From NCBI GenBank assembly GCA_963555815.3, contig CAUVWX020000001.1:64001-128000 (forward strand): a DNA stretch of 64,000 nt, written 5' to 3'. Source of the DNA: a bacterium. GTDB lineage: Bacteria > UBA8248 > JACPRG01 > G963555815. The position numbers and the translations under genes were made by a program. Shown piece after piece: positions 1-10,869 of this stretch. The notes under the pieces were generated by a model that saw only the letters and a program-made list of their open reading frames with translations, did not search any database and was not told where the DNA came from. Positions within the stretch are counted from its first letter, which is position 1, and the number at the start of each line of letters is the position of its first letter.

Positions 1-145
1 CCACCTCCTCCAACTCCGCCCGCTCCTTGGCCAGGGTCCGGAAGGTCTCCCGGTCGGCGATGACCTCCGGGTCGCTGAGGCGCCCGTTGAGAACCTCAAA
101 GCGGTCCCCCAGGGCGGCCAGCTTGTCAAGGAGATGAGGGTGCAT
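1..145 (-). CDS. prfA: Peptide chain release factor 1, N-terminal part (runs off window start)
   Basis: Manual translation from ATG at 145: [48 protein letters not shown]; conserved rho-rpmE-prfA order. Confidence 0.85.
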   Translation of the reverse strand, partial: MHPHLLDKLAALGDRFEVLNGRLSDPEVIADRETFRTLAKERAELEEV

Positions 146-353
146 TGCGGGATGAGGCCTGGCGGTATCTACGCTTATAGCGGTCCACCCGGCCTGCCGT
201 GTCCACCAGTTTTTGGCGGCCGGTGAAGAAGGGGTGACAATTGGAGCAGATCTCCACCCGGATCTCTTTCTTAGTCGAGCGGGTTTGGATCACGTTCCCG
301 CAGGCACAGGTGACGGTGCAGTCTACATATTCGGGATGAATGTCCGCTTTCAT
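126..353 (-). CDS. rpmE: 50S ribosomal protein L31, Zn-binding type
   Basis: [31 protein letters not shown]. Confidence 0.97.
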   Translation of the reverse strand: MKADIHPEYVDCTVTCACGNVIQTRSTKKEIRVEICSNCHPFFTGRQKLVDTAGRVDRYKRRYRQASSRNAPSSP

Positions 354-408
354 GGAGATCTCCTTTGCCAACTTTTCATTATAACTCAATATGGCCCCCT
401 AAGAGGCT

Positions 409-1737
409 CTAAGCATTCATCGAATCCAGAAACTCTTTGTTCGTCTTCGTCTCCATGACCTTCTCCAGGAGAAGTTCCATGGCCTCCACGACCCCCATGG
501 GCTGGAGGACCTTGCGAAGGAGCCACACGCGGTTCAATTCCTTCTCCGAAAGAAGGAGCTCCTCCTTGCGCGTGCCAGATCGATGAATATCGATGGAGGG
601 GAAGACACGCCGGTCGGTGATACGGCGGTCCAGATTCACCTCCATGTTGCCCGTTCCCTTGAACTCCTCAAAGATGACGTCGTCCATCCGGCTCCCTGTC
701 TCGATAAGGGCGGTGGCCATGATGGTGAGGCTACCCCCCTCTTCGATGTTTCGGGCGGCGCCAAAGAAGCGTTTTGGCCGCTGCAGGGCGTTGCTGTCGA
801 CACCGCCCGAGAGGATCTTGCCGCTCGGAGGGACAATGGTGTTATAGCCTCGGGCGAGCCGGGTGATGCTATCGAGGAGGATGACCACATCCCTCTTGTG
901 CTCCACGAGGCGCTTGGCCTTTTCGATGACGATCTCCGCCACCTGGACATGGCGCTGAGCGGGCTCATCGAAGGTGGAACTGACAACTTCCCCCTTCACC
1001 GAGCGCAACATGTCCGTCACCTCCTCGGGCCGCTCATCAATGAGAAGGACGATCAGGATGACCTCGGGGTGATTCTCCGTGATGCTGTTGGCGATGGCCT
1101 GAAGCAGCATCGTCTTTCCGGTCCTCGGCGCCGCCACGATGAGCCCCCGCTGGCCCTTTCCGATGGGTGTCAGGAGGTCCATCACCCGCATCGAGGCGTT
1201 GTTCTCCCCTTTCACCTCCAGACGGAGGCGCTCGTCGGGATAGAGGGGGGTGAGGTTGTCGAAGAGGATCTTGTTCTTGGCGTTCTCGGGGTCCTCAAAG
1301 TTGATGGCCTCGACCTTCAAAAGTGCGAAATATCGCTCCCCTTCTTTCGGGGGGCGGATCTGGCCTGAGACGGTGTCGCCAGTGTGCATGTCGAAGCGCC
1401 GGATCTGAGAGGGGGAGACGTAGACGTCATCAGAGCCTGGCAGGTAGTTGTCTCTTGGGCCACGGAGAAAGCCAAAGCCGTCCGGCAGGATCTCCAGGAC
1501 CCCCTCCCCAAGGATGTGCCCGTCTTTCCCACTCTGGGCCTCGAGGATCTTGAAAATGAGTTCCTGCTTTCTCAGCCCACTAATGCCATCTACGTTCAGA
1601 CTGCGGGCGAACTGGGTGAGGTCCGAGATGGTTTTTTCCTTCAGCTCGGCCAGATTCAATTTTGTCTCCTCTTTGGGGTGATCACCCTGGGTGGGCTCCT
1701 CAGGTCGTCCAGAGGAGTCCTCTGCGGGTTCACCCAA
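409..1737 (-). CDS. rho: Transcription termination factor Rho
   Basis: [45 protein letters not shown]; exact start uncertain. Confidence 0.98.
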   Translation of the reverse strand: MGEPAEDSSGRPEEPTQGDHPKEETKLNLAELKEKTISDLTQFARSLNVDGISGLRKQELIFKILEAQSGKDGHILGEGVLEILPDGFGFLRGPRDNYLPGSDDVYVSPSQIRRFDMHTGDTVSGQIRPPKEGERYFALLKVEAINFEDPENAKNKILFDNLTPLYPDERLRLEVKGENNASMRVMDLLTPIGKGQRGLIVAAPRTGKTMLLQAIANSITENHPEVILIVLLIDERPEEVTDMLRSVKGEVVSSTFDEPAQRHVQVAEIVIEKAKRLVEHKRDVVILLDSITRLARGYNTIVPPSGKILSGGVDSNALQRPKRFFGAARNIEEGGSLTIMATALIETGSRMDDVIFEEFKGTGNMEVNLDRRITDRRVFPSIDIHRSGTRKEELLLSEKELNRVWLLRKVLQPMGVVEAMELLLEKVMETKTNKEFLDSMNA

Positions 1738-2012
1738 CGGCAGGGGCTCAGAGTGAGAAGGGGTTAAACGCGCGATGGTTGGGGTCCACCTCTGCCATTA
1801 ATAGGAAGGATAGTTCAAGGACTGGATAAGCGGATAAGACCTCTAGAGATTCACCGCCGGGGTGAGAGATCTTCTACGGGTTCCTTAATGGAGGAGAACG
1901 ACGGTGTCTGTAAATTTTCCCACAATTTATCCTGAGATCCGATGGGAACTACGAACAGCGTCAGAGGCTAGGAACCAAACTGTCAGCGCTGCAGACCTAC
2001 TAACCAAGAGGG

Positions 2013-2041
2013 AATATAAATAAACCCTAGCCTCCTGTCAA
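2013..2041 (-). promoter_or_regulatory. Sigma70-type promoter upstream of rho
   Basis: Minus strand TTGACA-17 nt-TATATT overlapping the coaE 3' end. Confidence 0.7.
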
Positions 2042-2653
2042 CCTTTTTTTCCGTGCCTTCTCCAAGAGGCCCGCCCAAATGGCTTCCACCTGCCTTTCGG
2101 TCGCCTCCAAGGAGTCCCGGTTATTAATGACATGATCAGCGAAGCTCGCCTTCTGAGCGGTTGACAGCTGGGCCGAAAGCCGGGCCCTCGCCTCCGACGG
2201 GGAAAGACCCTTCTGTCGAACAAGGCGACCAATCTGGGTCTCCTCGTCCACGTCCACCACCACGACCACATCCATTCGATCCACCCCCCCCGCCTCGATC
2301 AAGAGGGCGGCATCCAAGACCGCCACCCCCTTCGGGTTTCGTGCCTCCAAGTCCCGAAAGAGCCGCTCCTCTTCTGCCCAGATTTGGGGGTGGACAATGG
2401 CGTTCAGGTGGACCCTAGCTTCCGCGTCGGAAAAGATGATCCGTCCCAGGGCCGGCCGGTCCAGAGTTCCATCCGGTCGCAGGACCTTCGCGCCAAACTC
2501 CTTTGCGATGGCCTCCAGGGCGGGACGTCCCGGCTGGACCACGAGCCGAGCCAGCTCGTCGGCATCGATGACGTGGGCCCCCCGGCTTTGAAACATACGG
2601 GCGATGGTGCTCTTTCCGCTTCCAGGCCCCCCCGTCAGGCCTACCCGCAGCAT
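2027..2653 (-). CDS. coaE: Dephospho-CoA kinase
   Basis: VGLTGGPGSGKST, IDADELAR, LDRPALGRIIF, LNAIVHP. Confidence 0.95.
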   Translation of the reverse strand: MLRVGLTGGPGSGKSTIARMFQSRGAHVIDADELARLVVQPGRPALEAIAKEFGAKVLRPDGTLDRPALGRIIFSDAEARVHLNAIVHPQIWAEEERLFRDLEARNPKGVAVLDAALLIEAGGVDRMDVVVVVDVDEETQIGRLVRQKGLSPSEARARLSAQLSTAQKASFADHVINNRDSLEATERQVEAIWAGLLEKARKKRLTGG

Positions 2654-2691
2654 TGGCCCTCGTTTGCGCTCCGGCGGCAAAGGGGAGCTCC

Positions 2692-2970
2692 TTACTTGAG
2701 ACCCCGGCGGACCATCTCCTCTTCATAATGCTTTCTGTAGAGGACCTCCCATTCAGGACTGCCCGCAGGGATTTTTCGTTTATAGGATTGAATTGTTCGG
2801 AAGACTTCTTCATCAATGCCTTCATCGATCCGCAACTCGTCCGTCATGGCACGGACCATGTGGAGCCTGACATCGTTTGTGGGGCGAAGGAACGCGATCC
2901 CCTCATCCCCCTCGAGGGACTCCACTAGGAGTTTGGAGAGGTGGTTGATCTTCTCCCGACCGATTCGCAT
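2692..2970 (-). CDS. DUF507-like protein
   Basis: 92 aa MRIGREKINHLS..EWEVLYRKHYEEEM; paralogous to neighbour. Confidence 0.7.
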   Translation of the reverse strand: MRIGREKINHLSKLLVESLEGDEGIAFLRPTNDVRLHMVRAMTDELRIDEGIDEEVFRTIQSYKRKIPAGSPEWEVLYRKHYEEEMVRRGLK

Positions 2971-2980
2971 TGTCCTCGTC

Positions 2981-3262
2981 TCAAAGGATAAGGTTGCGTT
3001 GCCGTACGAGGCGGTTTTTAATAAGGTTGAATAGGCTTGAGTAGTCGACGTTGCGCCGGTCCATCTCCTGCTCGTACCCGGCCAGGATCTCCTTCACTTC
3101 CTCATTCAGGCGGTCCTCCACCCTGAGATCCTCCTCGATGATCCCCGCCAGCCTGGCCCGAAGGTCCTCCTCTGACCCTTGAATCTCAATGTACTTGTAT
3201 CGAAGGAGTCCTTGAGCGATGGCCGTCACAATCCGCTCGATCATCTCCTTTCGAAGTCGCAT
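2981..3262 (-). CDS. DUF507-like protein
   Basis: 93 aa MRLRKEMIERI..EDRLNEEVKEIL..LFNLIKNRLVRQRNLIL. Confidence 0.75.
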   Translation of the reverse strand: MRLRKEMIERIVTAIAQGLLRYKYIEIQGSEEDLRARLAGIIEEDLRVEDRLNEEVKEILAGYEQEMDRRNVDYSSLFNLIKNRLVRQRNLIL

Positions 3263-3402
3263 GGCCGAAGGATTCCCCCCTATGAACTACCCCCCTCGGG
3301 GCCTGCCGCCCAAGTCGGAAACTGTCTCTTATCAATGATATCTTCCGCTATATTGCGCTTTTTCAACCCCTTTGCCAACGCGCCCGGGCCTTCGCCCCCC
3401 CT

Positions 3403-4500
3403 TCATCTTTTGGCCTGACCCTTTCGGCGCCGGGGAAAATATCTCATGAGGGTGGCCCGAAGTTCCTTCACGACCTCCTTGCGAAGGGTTTCCGGTTCCA
3501 TCACCAAGGCCTCATCCCCCCATCCGAGGGCCCAGGTCTTAGCCGTCTCAAAGTCCTTGGCGATGTACTCCACACGAAGGGTCTTCGGCCCATCCTGGCT
3601 CTCCTCCACGCGAAGTCCCTGAGGCGCGCCCCTCTCGGCCCACGTCCTGACCCGCTCCGCCGCCTCCCCAGTGAGCTGGGCCCTTACGCGCAGGCCCTCG
3701 CCTGGAGCCACAGGGCCTAAGGTCAAAATGGGCTCAAAGTCCAGGTCAAGTGGAAGTTGGAATACATCCTCCGTCAGGCGCAGCTCTCGAATCTCCTTCA
3801 GGGGGAACAGATGGATCTTCCCGCGACGGTGCTCATGGGCCATCAGGAAGGTTTCTCCCTGGGAGAACCAGACGCCGTAAGGGTCCACGCGATGCCAGGC
3901 AGCGCGAGAAAGCCCAGGCGCATGGTAAAGGATCTCCACACACCGGCGCCCCTCGGCCGCCTCTTCCAAGCGCTCCATAACTTGGCGGTGAGCGCTCACC
4001 TCCTTCAGGGAGGCCAGATAGGGCGTAAAATCTTCGTCAATGAGGTCGAGAAAGGCCCGAATGGGTTTTGGGACGAGACCCTCTACCTTTTCCAGGAGAG
4101 ACCGGAAGGTGGTGCCGAAAGGCGTCTTTTGAAAGGCGGAAAACTCCCCCCGGGCATAATAGAGGGCCATCAGCTCTGAGGGGAGGAAGGGAGAGGGCGC
4201 AACGCGGCGAAAACCAGGGCTGAAGCGCCAGCGGGTACCCCCCTCGCGGACCTTGAGCAGGGGAAATCTCGCCCCGGCCAGGTCTTCTAAGTCCCGTCGA
4301 AGGGTGCTCTCGCTCCAGCGCCGGCCGGCCCCATCTTCTCCGGCCTCCTCGGGCGGCGGAAGGACCTCGGCGAGGTCCTGCAGGTCTGGGGCCGCCCCCG
4401 TCTCCAGCAGCTGAATAATCTGCCACTGACGTTGGAACTGGTGGCAACGCGACAAGGTTTCAACCTCCCCCTCTGCCAGACCCTTCTTTGGCGCCAGCAC
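3403..4500 (-). CDS. HTH-WYL domain transcriptional regulator (PafBC/YafY-like)
   Basis: RQWQIIQLL..STLRRDLEDL HTH; ILYH..RVDPYGV WYL domain; WALGWGDEALVMEPETLR WCX; start uncertain. Confidence 0.85.
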   Translation of the reverse strand: MLAPKKGLAEGEVETLSRCHQFQRQWQIIQLLETGAAPDLQDLAEVLPPPEEAGEDGAGRRWSESTLRRDLEDLAGARFPLLKVREGGTRWRFSPGFRRVAPSPFLPSELMALYYARGEFSAFQKTPFGTTFRSLLEKVEGLVPKPIRAFLDLIDEDFTPYLASLKEVSAHRQVMERLEEAAEGRRCVEILYHAPGLSRAAWHRVDPYGVWFSQGETFLMAHEHRRGKIHLFPLKEIRELRLTEDVFQLPLDLDFEPILTLGPVAPGEGLRVRAQLTGEAAERVRTWAERGAPQGLRVEESQDGPKTLRVEYIAKDFETAKTWALGWGDEALVMEPETLRKEVVKELRATLMRYFPRRRKGQAKR

Positions 4501-5317
4501 GTTGTAGGGCCTGAAGATATTCCATGGGCACCTTCACTCTGCCCATGAAAACCTGATCTTTGCCCGCCCCGTGGCAGTCCGACCCCCCCGTCGGCAGGAG
4601 CCCCTTTTGGGCTGCCAGCTCCTTGTAGTGACGGGCAGCGGCCGGCGGGTGACCCGAGTGATAGACCTCGATGGCCTGAAGGCCCGCGCTGATGAGTGAC
4701 GAGATGAGGTGATCTTTGTGCCTCCGTCCCGGATGGGCCAAGGCCGGAACCCCTCCAGCTTTCCGGATGAGGCGGATGCCCTCGTCAGGCGAGATGGCGT
4801 CCACGCGCTCATAGGCAGGTCGACCCATCCCCAGATATCTCTGAAAGGCCTCATCCCGAGAGGTCACGTGTCCCGCCTCCACCAAAAAGCGGGCTACGTG
4901 CAGCCGACCGACAGAGCCCTCAGGATAACGCGCAAAGAAGGCCTCAAGATCTACCTTCACTCCCAGGTCATTCAGCCGACGGAACATGCGGGACACGCGC
5001 TCTCGGCGTGTCGCCTCGATCCCAGAGAGGGTGTCCAGGAGCCCGACGTTCTCCACGTCAACCCCATAACCCAGGATATGGACATCGCCTCTTTCGGCTG
5101 TCGTGCTGAGCTCGACGGCAGAGATGATGGTGAGGCCGAGGGCCCGGGCCCGGGAGCGGGCCGGCGCAATCCCCCGGACGGTATCGTGGTCTGCAATGGC
5201 AAGACCCGAGAATCCCAGAGAGGCCGCCCTCTCCACAACGGCCTCCGGCCTCTCGGTCCCATCGGAGCAGTCGGAATGGACGTGGAGGTCGGCGAACGGC
5301 TCGCCGGGGGCGATCAC
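4460..5317 (-). CDS. PHP-domain phosphoesterase (TrpH/YciV-like)
   Basis: DLHVHSDCSDG, IADHDT, VHILGY, LAHP, TGGSDCHG; GTG start at 5317 chosen. Confidence 0.9.
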   Translation of the reverse strand: MIAPGEPFADLHVHSDCSDGTERPEAVVERAASLGFSGLAIADHDTVRGIAPARSRARALGLTIISAVELSTTAERGDVHILGYGVDVENVGLLDTLSGIEATRRERVSRMFRRLNDLGVKVDLEAFFARYPEGSVGRLHVARFLVEAGHVTSRDEAFQRYLGMGRPAYERVDAISPDEGIRLIRKAGGVPALAHPGRRHKDHLISSLISAGLQAIEVYHSGHPPAAARHYKELAAQKGLLPTGGSDCHGAGKDQVFMGRVKVPMEYLQALQRAGAKEGSGRGGG

Positions 5318-5503
5318 CTCATGGACATAGGAAGCTTTCACTGGGATACGGGCGGCCTGGAATTCTAACACAGGAGGCACCAACCGCCGCCTGGGGTCGG
5401 GGCCGCCCCTCGGAAGATGAACGAGAAGCCGTCGCAGGCCCCAGGATGCTTGAAGCCCCTGGGAAAGACCGCCCGGTCTCTTCCTAGGGGTGCTCAAAAA
5501 ATT

Positions 5504-5578
5504 TGGAGCGGGCGATGGGAATCGAACCCACGACGTTCAGCTTGGGAAGCTGACATTCTACCTCTGAATTACGCCCGC
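5504..5578 (-). tRNA. tRNA-Gly(CCC)
   Basis: GCGGGCG acceptor stem, TCAGC-TTCCCAA-GCTGA anticodon arm, GTTCGATT T-loop, encoded CCA. Confidence 0.97.
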
Positions 5579-5673
5579 CCAGATTCCCCCCTCATCCTTC
5601 TTAGACATGGATTTCTCATTTGGTGTATACCCAAGGGCCCACCCAAGGTCAAGGGGTTTGAAAAGAAAGGCGC

Positions 5674-6114
5674 TCAAGATCTTTGGGGGGCCTCGCCCAC
5701 CTGGACGTGGCACTCCTCCACCCACTCGGCACCCCCCTCTCCATACTCCTTTTTCCAGATGGGGACGATCTGCTTGATCCGGTCAATCGCGTACTTACAA
5801 GCCTCAAAGGCCTCGGCGCGATGGGGAGACGCCACTGCAATCACGACGGCATTGTCACCGATCTGAAGCCGGCCCACCCGGTGGACGATGGCGACGGCGT
5901 CGAGACCCCAGTTCTTCTTGATCTCGTCGCCAATCTGGCGGAGCTTCTTCTCCGCCATCCCCTTATAGGCAAAGTACTCGAGCTCGATGACCTTCTGTCC
6001 CCGGGAGTGGTCCCGAACGACGCCAACGAAGTTGACAATGGCCCCCTGGCCAGGCCCCAGAACGGCCTTGTTCACCTGTTCCGTCGTAATGGGCTTATCC
6101 GAGATCTCAAACAT
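5674..6114 (-). CDS. moaE: Molybdopterin synthase catalytic subunit
   Basis: GAIVNFVGVVR, HRVGRL, ASPHR, IDRIKQIVPIWKKE. Confidence 0.95.
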   Translation of the reverse strand: MFEISDKPITTEQVNKAVLGPGQGAIVNFVGVVRDHSRGQKVIELEYFAYKGMAEKKLRQIGDEIKKNWGLDAVAIVHRVGRLQIGDNAVVIAVASPHRAEAFEACKYAIDRIKQIVPIWKKEYGEGGAEWVEECHVQVGEAPQRS

Positions 6115-6418
6115 GAGGGGCCTTCCCTTCGGGGAAGGACCGCATCCGGTTCTCACTGGGGCGGTCCCCTCTCCAGCCGCCCGAGATGGGAGGGATAAGG
6201 GCGATCTCGTCTCCCGGCTTCAGAACGGTGCCGGGATCTACAAACTCCTGGTTGACGGCCACAGTCAAGGCGGAGAGGCGCTCGCCAAGCCGGGGATGGT
6301 CCTCGGCCAGGGATGCAAGGAGAGACTGGACAGAGGCCCCTTCCGGCACCTCGACCTCCAGCCGCTCTCCTCCGATGGCATCCTTTGCCCAGGCAAAGGC
6401 GAGAACCTCAACCTCCAC
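6107..6418 (-). CDS. moaD: Molybdopterin synthase sulfur carrier with 22-aa tail after GG
   Basis: VEVLAFA..AVNQEF..GDEIALIPPISGG then WRGDRPSENRMRSFPEGKAPHV. Confidence 0.88.
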   Translation of the reverse strand: MEVEVLAFAWAKDAIGGERLEVEVPEGASVQSLLASLAEDHPRLGERLSALTVAVNQEFVDPGTVLKPGDEIALIPPISGGWRGDRPSENRMRSFPEGKAPHV

Positions 6419-6477
6419 GATCTACTCCTACTCAAAAGAAGGAATTTAGTCTCCAACTGAAGAAAAAGATCGTTCTC

Positions 6478-6507
6478 ATCCTATAGAGACACACGCTCAC
6501 CTGTCAA
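6478..6507 (-). promoter_or_regulatory. Putative sigma70 promoter for moaDE
   Basis: Minus strand TTGACA-18 nt-TAGGAT. Confidence 0.5.
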
Positions 6508-6569
6508 GGCGACCAGAGCCGCTGGAACAAGGCAGAATCCGCCCTGGCGGGCTTTTAGCCGCTTTCGGA

Positions 6570-7460
6570 TCAAACGCAGAGGGTCCACCCTGGGCTCTGG
6601 TAGCGTTTCAAAAGGTCTTGGGCCAAGCGCTCCTCCTCTTCCGTGAGAAGACCCGGAACAAGCGCGACTCCCAGGCCCTCCTCAAAGCCCGCCTTGAGGG
6701 CAAGGGCGGCTTCGGAATACGAAACCTCACGCCCTGTCACCCCCCGCAGGCTCGTCATCCTTTGGGAGAGGTCTTGGGCCAGCTCCTTGCGGGATTCAGG
6801 GCTCCTGGTCTTGAAGAGAAGGGAGAGGGTCTCAATATCGAGGTCTAGGAGGATGGAACCGTGTTGGAGGACAGCCCCGCCGCCCCGGCGCTGTGCGCTT
6901 CCGACGATCTTCTTCCCTCGCCCGGAGCTCGAGCCCCCTTGAGTCACGACAACCTCAAAGGCCGAGGCCACGAGAAAGCAGGCCCCCTTGCCATCTTGAC
7001 GAGGGAGCGGAGCCCCTGGAGGCGAAAGTTCTGCCGGAACCCCAAGGCGCTGAAGACAACGGACAAGGCCCCGGCTGATCAGGGCATAATCCGCGAGGAT
7101 GGAGTTTTTGTGCAAAGTTGCCACAGAGACACCCCGTTCTTCCTCTCTCCGCGCGCTTCTCAGGCCCTCCCCGACCTCGTCGGGAAAGACAACGGAATAG
7201 GTGAGTTCCCCGTCGTGGAGGACAGCCCGGCCGCCTGTGGGACGCCGGACGAGAGGGATTTTCAACTCCTCCAGTGCGGCGAGGTCGATGTCCCGCGAGA
7301 CTTTTTGGCCACGGCCCAGGGAGAGGGTCGGGGTCTCCCAGGCGAAGGCCCGGACGGTAGGAAGGGTCGTTCCCCTCTGGCACCCCCGCCAGAGGACCTC
7401 GTCGAGGGCCATATTAAAAGCCCCGTCGCCAGGGCCTGTGTCCAGAAACCGCCAGTTCAT
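6570..7460 (-). CDS. lipM: Lipoate-protein ligase family protein, LipM-like octanoyltransferase
   Basis: NMALDE, RRPTGGRAVLH, ACF, KIVGSAQ, LQHGS; adjacent to gcv genes. Confidence 0.8.
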   Translation of the reverse strand: MNWRFLDTGPGDGAFNMALDEVLWRGCQRGTTLPTVRAFAWETPTLSLGRGQKVSRDIDLAALEELKIPLVRRPTGGRAVLHDGELTYSVVFPDEVGEGLRSARREEERGVSVATLHKNSILADYALISRGLVRCLQRLGVPAELSPPGAPLPRQDGKGACFLVASAFEVVVTQGGSSSGRGKKIVGSAQRRGGGAVLQHGSILLDLDIETLSLLFKTRSPESRKELAQDLSQRMTSLRGVTGREVSYSEAALALKAGFEEGLGVALVPGLLTEEEERLAQDLLKRYQSPGWTLCV

Positions 7461-7570
7461 AGGCTTAGGGCGAAGACTCGATGACGAGAACCACTATGTT
7501 GCCCACATGAGACAAGATAGCGCCCGCCAAATCGTCCATCAAGGTGCAAAAGATTGAGTGAGAAGAATGA

Positions 7571-9091
7571 TTAGGGCGGAGAGTCTTCCTGCCAGCGAAG
7601 GACGGGCTCTCTTGCGGCCTTGACTTCATCCAGGCGGGAGGTCTTCGGGAAATGAGGGGCTGACTGGATAAGCCCGGGTGCCCGCTCCGCCTCATCTGCG
7701 ATGGCGAGCATGGCTTCGATGAATTCGTCCAGCGTCTCCCGGCTCTCCGTCTCCGTCGGCTCAATCATCATGGCCCCCTTCACGATGAGAGGAAAGTAGA
7801 TGGTCGGGGGATGGAAGCCGTAGTCCATGAGCCGCTTGGCGATGTCGCTGGTTCGCACCCCGTGCGCCTGCTGGTGCTTATCGGAAAGCACACACTCGTG
7901 CATGCAGGTCCGGTCGTACGTTAGGTAATAGCGCCCTTTGAGGCGAGCACAAAGATAGTTGGCGTTCAGGACGGCCATCTGGCTTGCCCGCTTTAGCCCG
8001 TCCCGGCCCATCGAGCAGATGTAGCTATACGCGCGGACCAGGATGCCAAAGTTCCCGTAAAAACTTCGGACCTTCCCGATGGAGTGAGGGATGTCATAGT
8101 TGAAGTGATAGCGCTCCCCCCGCTTCTCAATAACCGGAACAGGGAGATAGGGCTCCAAGATCTTTTTTACCCCAACGGGCCCGGCCCCCGGACCTCCCCC
8201 CCCGTGGGGGGTGGAGAAGGTCTTGTGGAGGTTGAGCTGGACGACGTCCATCCCCATGTCTCCCATCCGGGCAATCCCCATGAGGGCGTTCATATTGGCC
8301 CCGTCGCAGTACACAAAGCCCCCTCGGTCGTGAACGATTTGACAGATGGCTTTGATATCCTCCTCAAAAAGCCCGAGGGTGTTGGGGTTCGTCAGCATGA
8401 GGGCGGCCGTCTCATCGTCCATGGTCGTCTCCAGGGCCCTCAGGTTCATCAGGCCCCGCTCGTCGGATTTGATCTCAACCACCTCGTAGCCACAAAGCGT
8501 TGAGCTGGCGGGATTGGTGCCGTGGGCCGAATCCGGCAGGAGGACTTTTCTTCGAGGGTTTCCTTGATCGGTGAGGTGGGCGCGGATGAGCATCATCCCG
8601 GTCAGCTCCCCCTGGGCGCCGGCCGTTGGCTGAAGGACCATGCGGTCCATCCCAGTGATCTCCCGAAGGGCGAGGTCGAGCTCCCAGAGGAGGGCGAGGG
8701 CCCCCTGGCAGGCCTCCTCCTCCTGGTAGGGGTGAAGTCTTGCGAAGCCCGCCATCGCCGCCACGTCCTCATTCACCTTGGGGTTGTACTTCATCGTGCA
8801 GGAGCCAAGCGGATAAAAGCCGTGGTCCACTGAATAGTTCCAGCCGGCAAGGCGCGTGTAGTGGCGAACCAGGTCCACCTCGCTCACCTCAGGAAAACCC
8901 GGGATCTCTTCCCGGCAAAGTGTTGGAGGCAGGACCTCTGAGAGCTCCGCCAGCCCGTCCGGGGAGGAAGAGAGGGAATAGGCCTGCCGGCCCGGAGAGC
9001 TTCGTTCGAAGATGAGGGGTTCGTTGAGGATGAGACCGGAGGCCCCCACCCGGTCGGGGCGACCCCTGGCAGGAGAGGCCGGATCTTTCAC
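7571..9091 (-). CDS. gcvPB: Glycine decarboxylase subunit 2
   Basis: [38 protein letters not shown]. Confidence 0.97.
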   Translation of the reverse strand: MKDPASPARGRPDRVGASGLILNEPLIFERSSPGRQAYSLSSSPDGLAELSEVLPPTLCREEIPGFPEVSEVDLVRHYTRLAGWNYSVDHGFYPLGSCTMKYNPKVNEDVAAMAGFARLHPYQEEEACQGALALLWELDLALREITGMDRMVLQPTAGAQGELTGMMLIRAHLTDQGNPRRKVLLPDSAHGTNPASSTLCGYEVVEIKSDERGLMNLRALETTMDDETAALMLTNPNTLGLFEEDIKAICQIVHDRGGFVYCDGANMNALMGIARMGDMGMDVVQLNLHKTFSTPHGGGGPGAGPVGVKKILEPYLPVPVIEKRGERYHFNYDIPHSIGKVRSFYGNFGILVRAYSYICSMGRDGLKRASQMAVLNANYLCARLKGRYYLTYDRTCMHECVLSDKHQQAHGVRTSDIAKRLMDYGFHPPTIYFPLIVKGAMMIEPTETESRETLDEFIEAMLAIADEAERAPGLIQSAPHFPKTSRLDEVKAAREPVLRWQEDSPP

Positions 9092-10479
9092 CGAGTGCTC
9101 CCTTCCGCAGCCGGCTCTCGAAGGGATTTTAAGCCCCTCAAGGCCCCAACCAGGACGTCCACCGCCTCAGGCGGGTTCTCCTCGGTGACGCAGAAGAGGA
9201 GATGGGAGGTCCCGGGGTCTTTTTGGAACTCGGGATACCAGCGGCCCAGATCAAGACCACCCAGAATCCCGGCCTGCCGTAGACGTGCAGTGACCTCGGC
9301 GGCGGGGAAGGGAACCTTGACGACAAATTCATTGAAAGTAGGAGCGGAGAAGGGGATTTCAAAGCCCGGCAGTTCCTGGATGAGTTTTTTGGCCCGCTCG
9401 GCCCCCAGGGCATTCTGGACGGCCAGCTCTCTCAAGCCCTGCCGTCCTAAGGCCGAGAGATAGACCGCCGCTCGAAGGGCGCAAAGTCCCTCATTGGTGC
9501 AGATATTAGAGGTCGCCTTTGCCCGGCGGATGTGCTGCTCTCGGGTCGCAGCGGTTAAGACATAACCCCGGCGCCCCTCGGTGTCCACGGTCTGGCCGAC
9601 CAGGCGGCCCGGCATCTGGCGGACATAGGCCTCGCGGGTGGCAAAGAGGCCGAGGAAAGGGCCCCCGAAGCTCATGGGGATCCCAAAGCTCTGTCCCTCA
9701 CCGGCCACGATGTCGGCCCCGAGGTCACCCGAGGCCTTCAGAAGCCCAAGAGAGATACCCTCCGTCACGACATGGACGAAGAGGGCCCCTTTGTCGTGGG
9801 CCGCCTGAACGAGGGGGGCAAGATCTTCCACCACCCCGAAGAAATTGGGACTCTGGACGAGGAGGGCGGCTGTCTCCTCGTTGAGCGCCCCAGAGAGGTC
9901 CTCCACCCGACCGTCTTCATCCCATCCCACCTCCATTGTCTCGCCGCCCGTGTGGCGAAGGTAGGTGTCCACCACCTGACGGTATTCAGGATGGAGGCCC
10001 TTTGCCATCACCACGCGGTGTCGCCCGGTGAGGCGCATCGCCATGAGGCAGGCCTCCGCCGTGGCCGAGGCCCCCTCGTAGAGAGAGGCGTTGGCGACGT
10101 CCATCCCCGTAAGCTGGCAAAGGAGAGTCTGATACTCATAGATGGCCTGAAGGGTCCCCTGGCTGATCTCAGCCTGATAGGGGGTGTAGGAAGTGGAGAA
10201 TTCCGGCTTAGAGGCAAGATGGTTCACAACGCTGGGGATATAGTGGGAGTAAACGCCCGCTCCCAGGAAGAAGCTGTGGGAGGCGGAGTGGGCGTTATTT
10301 TTGGCCAAGGCCCCCAGGTGAGAGAGGGTCTCGGCCTCAGAGAAGCCTTGAGGCAGGTTGAGCTCGCGGCCCAGGCGGACCGAGGCTGGGATAGAGGCAA
10401 AGAGGCTTTCGACGTCGGGTGCCCCAATGACGGCCAGCATGGCCGCCACGTCTGCCTCGGTGTGAGGGATAAAGCGCAC
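9088..10479 (-). CDS. gcvPA: Glycine decarboxylase subunit 1
   Basis: [29 protein letters not shown]. Confidence 0.97.
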   Translation of the reverse strand: MRFIPHTEADVAAMLAVIGAPDVESLFASIPASVRLGRELNLPQGFSEAETLSHLGALAKNNAHSASHSFFLGAGVYSHYIPSVVNHLASKPEFSTSYTPYQAEISQGTLQAIYEYQTLLCQLTGMDVANASLYEGASATAEACLMAMRLTGRHRVVMAKGLHPEYRQVVDTYLRHTGGETMEVGWDEDGRVEDLSGALNEETAALLVQSPNFFGVVEDLAPLVQAAHDKGALFVHVVTEGISLGLLKASGDLGADIVAGEGQSFGIPMSFGGPFLGLFATREAYVRQMPGRLVGQTVDTEGRRGYVLTAATREQHIRRAKATSNICTNEGLCALRAAVYLSALGRQGLRELAVQNALGAERAKKLIQELPGFEIPFSAPTFNEFVVKVPFPAAEVTARLRQAGILGGLDLGRWYPEFQKDPGTSHLLFCVTEENPPEAVDVLVGALRGLKSLREPAAEGSTR

Positions 10480-10869
10480 TTACCCCTCTTCCTCTTTGAC
10501 GTAGGCGCTGTAGGCATCGGCAGAAAGGAGGCCATCCAGCTCGCTGGGGTCTGACATCTCAACTTCAATCATCCAGCCATCTTCATAAGGCTTGGCGTTG
10601 ACGACCTCAGGCCCCTCTCCAAGGTCAGAGTTGACCTTAGAGACCTTGCCCGAAACCGGAGCAAAGAGTTCAGAGACCGTCTTGACGGACTCCACATTCC
10701 CAAAAGAGGTGTGGGCCTTCACCTCTGCCCCCACCTCGGGAAGGTCTACGAACATTATGTCCCCGAGCTGCGACTGGGCGTGATCCGAGATCCCAACCGT
10801 CACCTGGCTCCCGTTCGCGCGAGCCCACGTGTGCTCTTTTGCGTACTTCAACTCTTCGGGAAATTTCAT
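10480..10869 (-). CDS. gcvH: Glycine cleavage system H protein
   Basis: GISDHAQSQLGD, VESVK lipoyl-lysine, PYEDGWM. Confidence 0.97.
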   Translation of the reverse strand: MKFPEELKYAKEHTWARANGSQVTVGISDHAQSQLGDIMFVDLPEVGAEVKAHTSFGNVESVKTVSELFAPVSGKVSKVNSDLGEGPEVVNAKPYEDGWMIEVEMSDPSELDGLLSADAYSAYVKEEEG

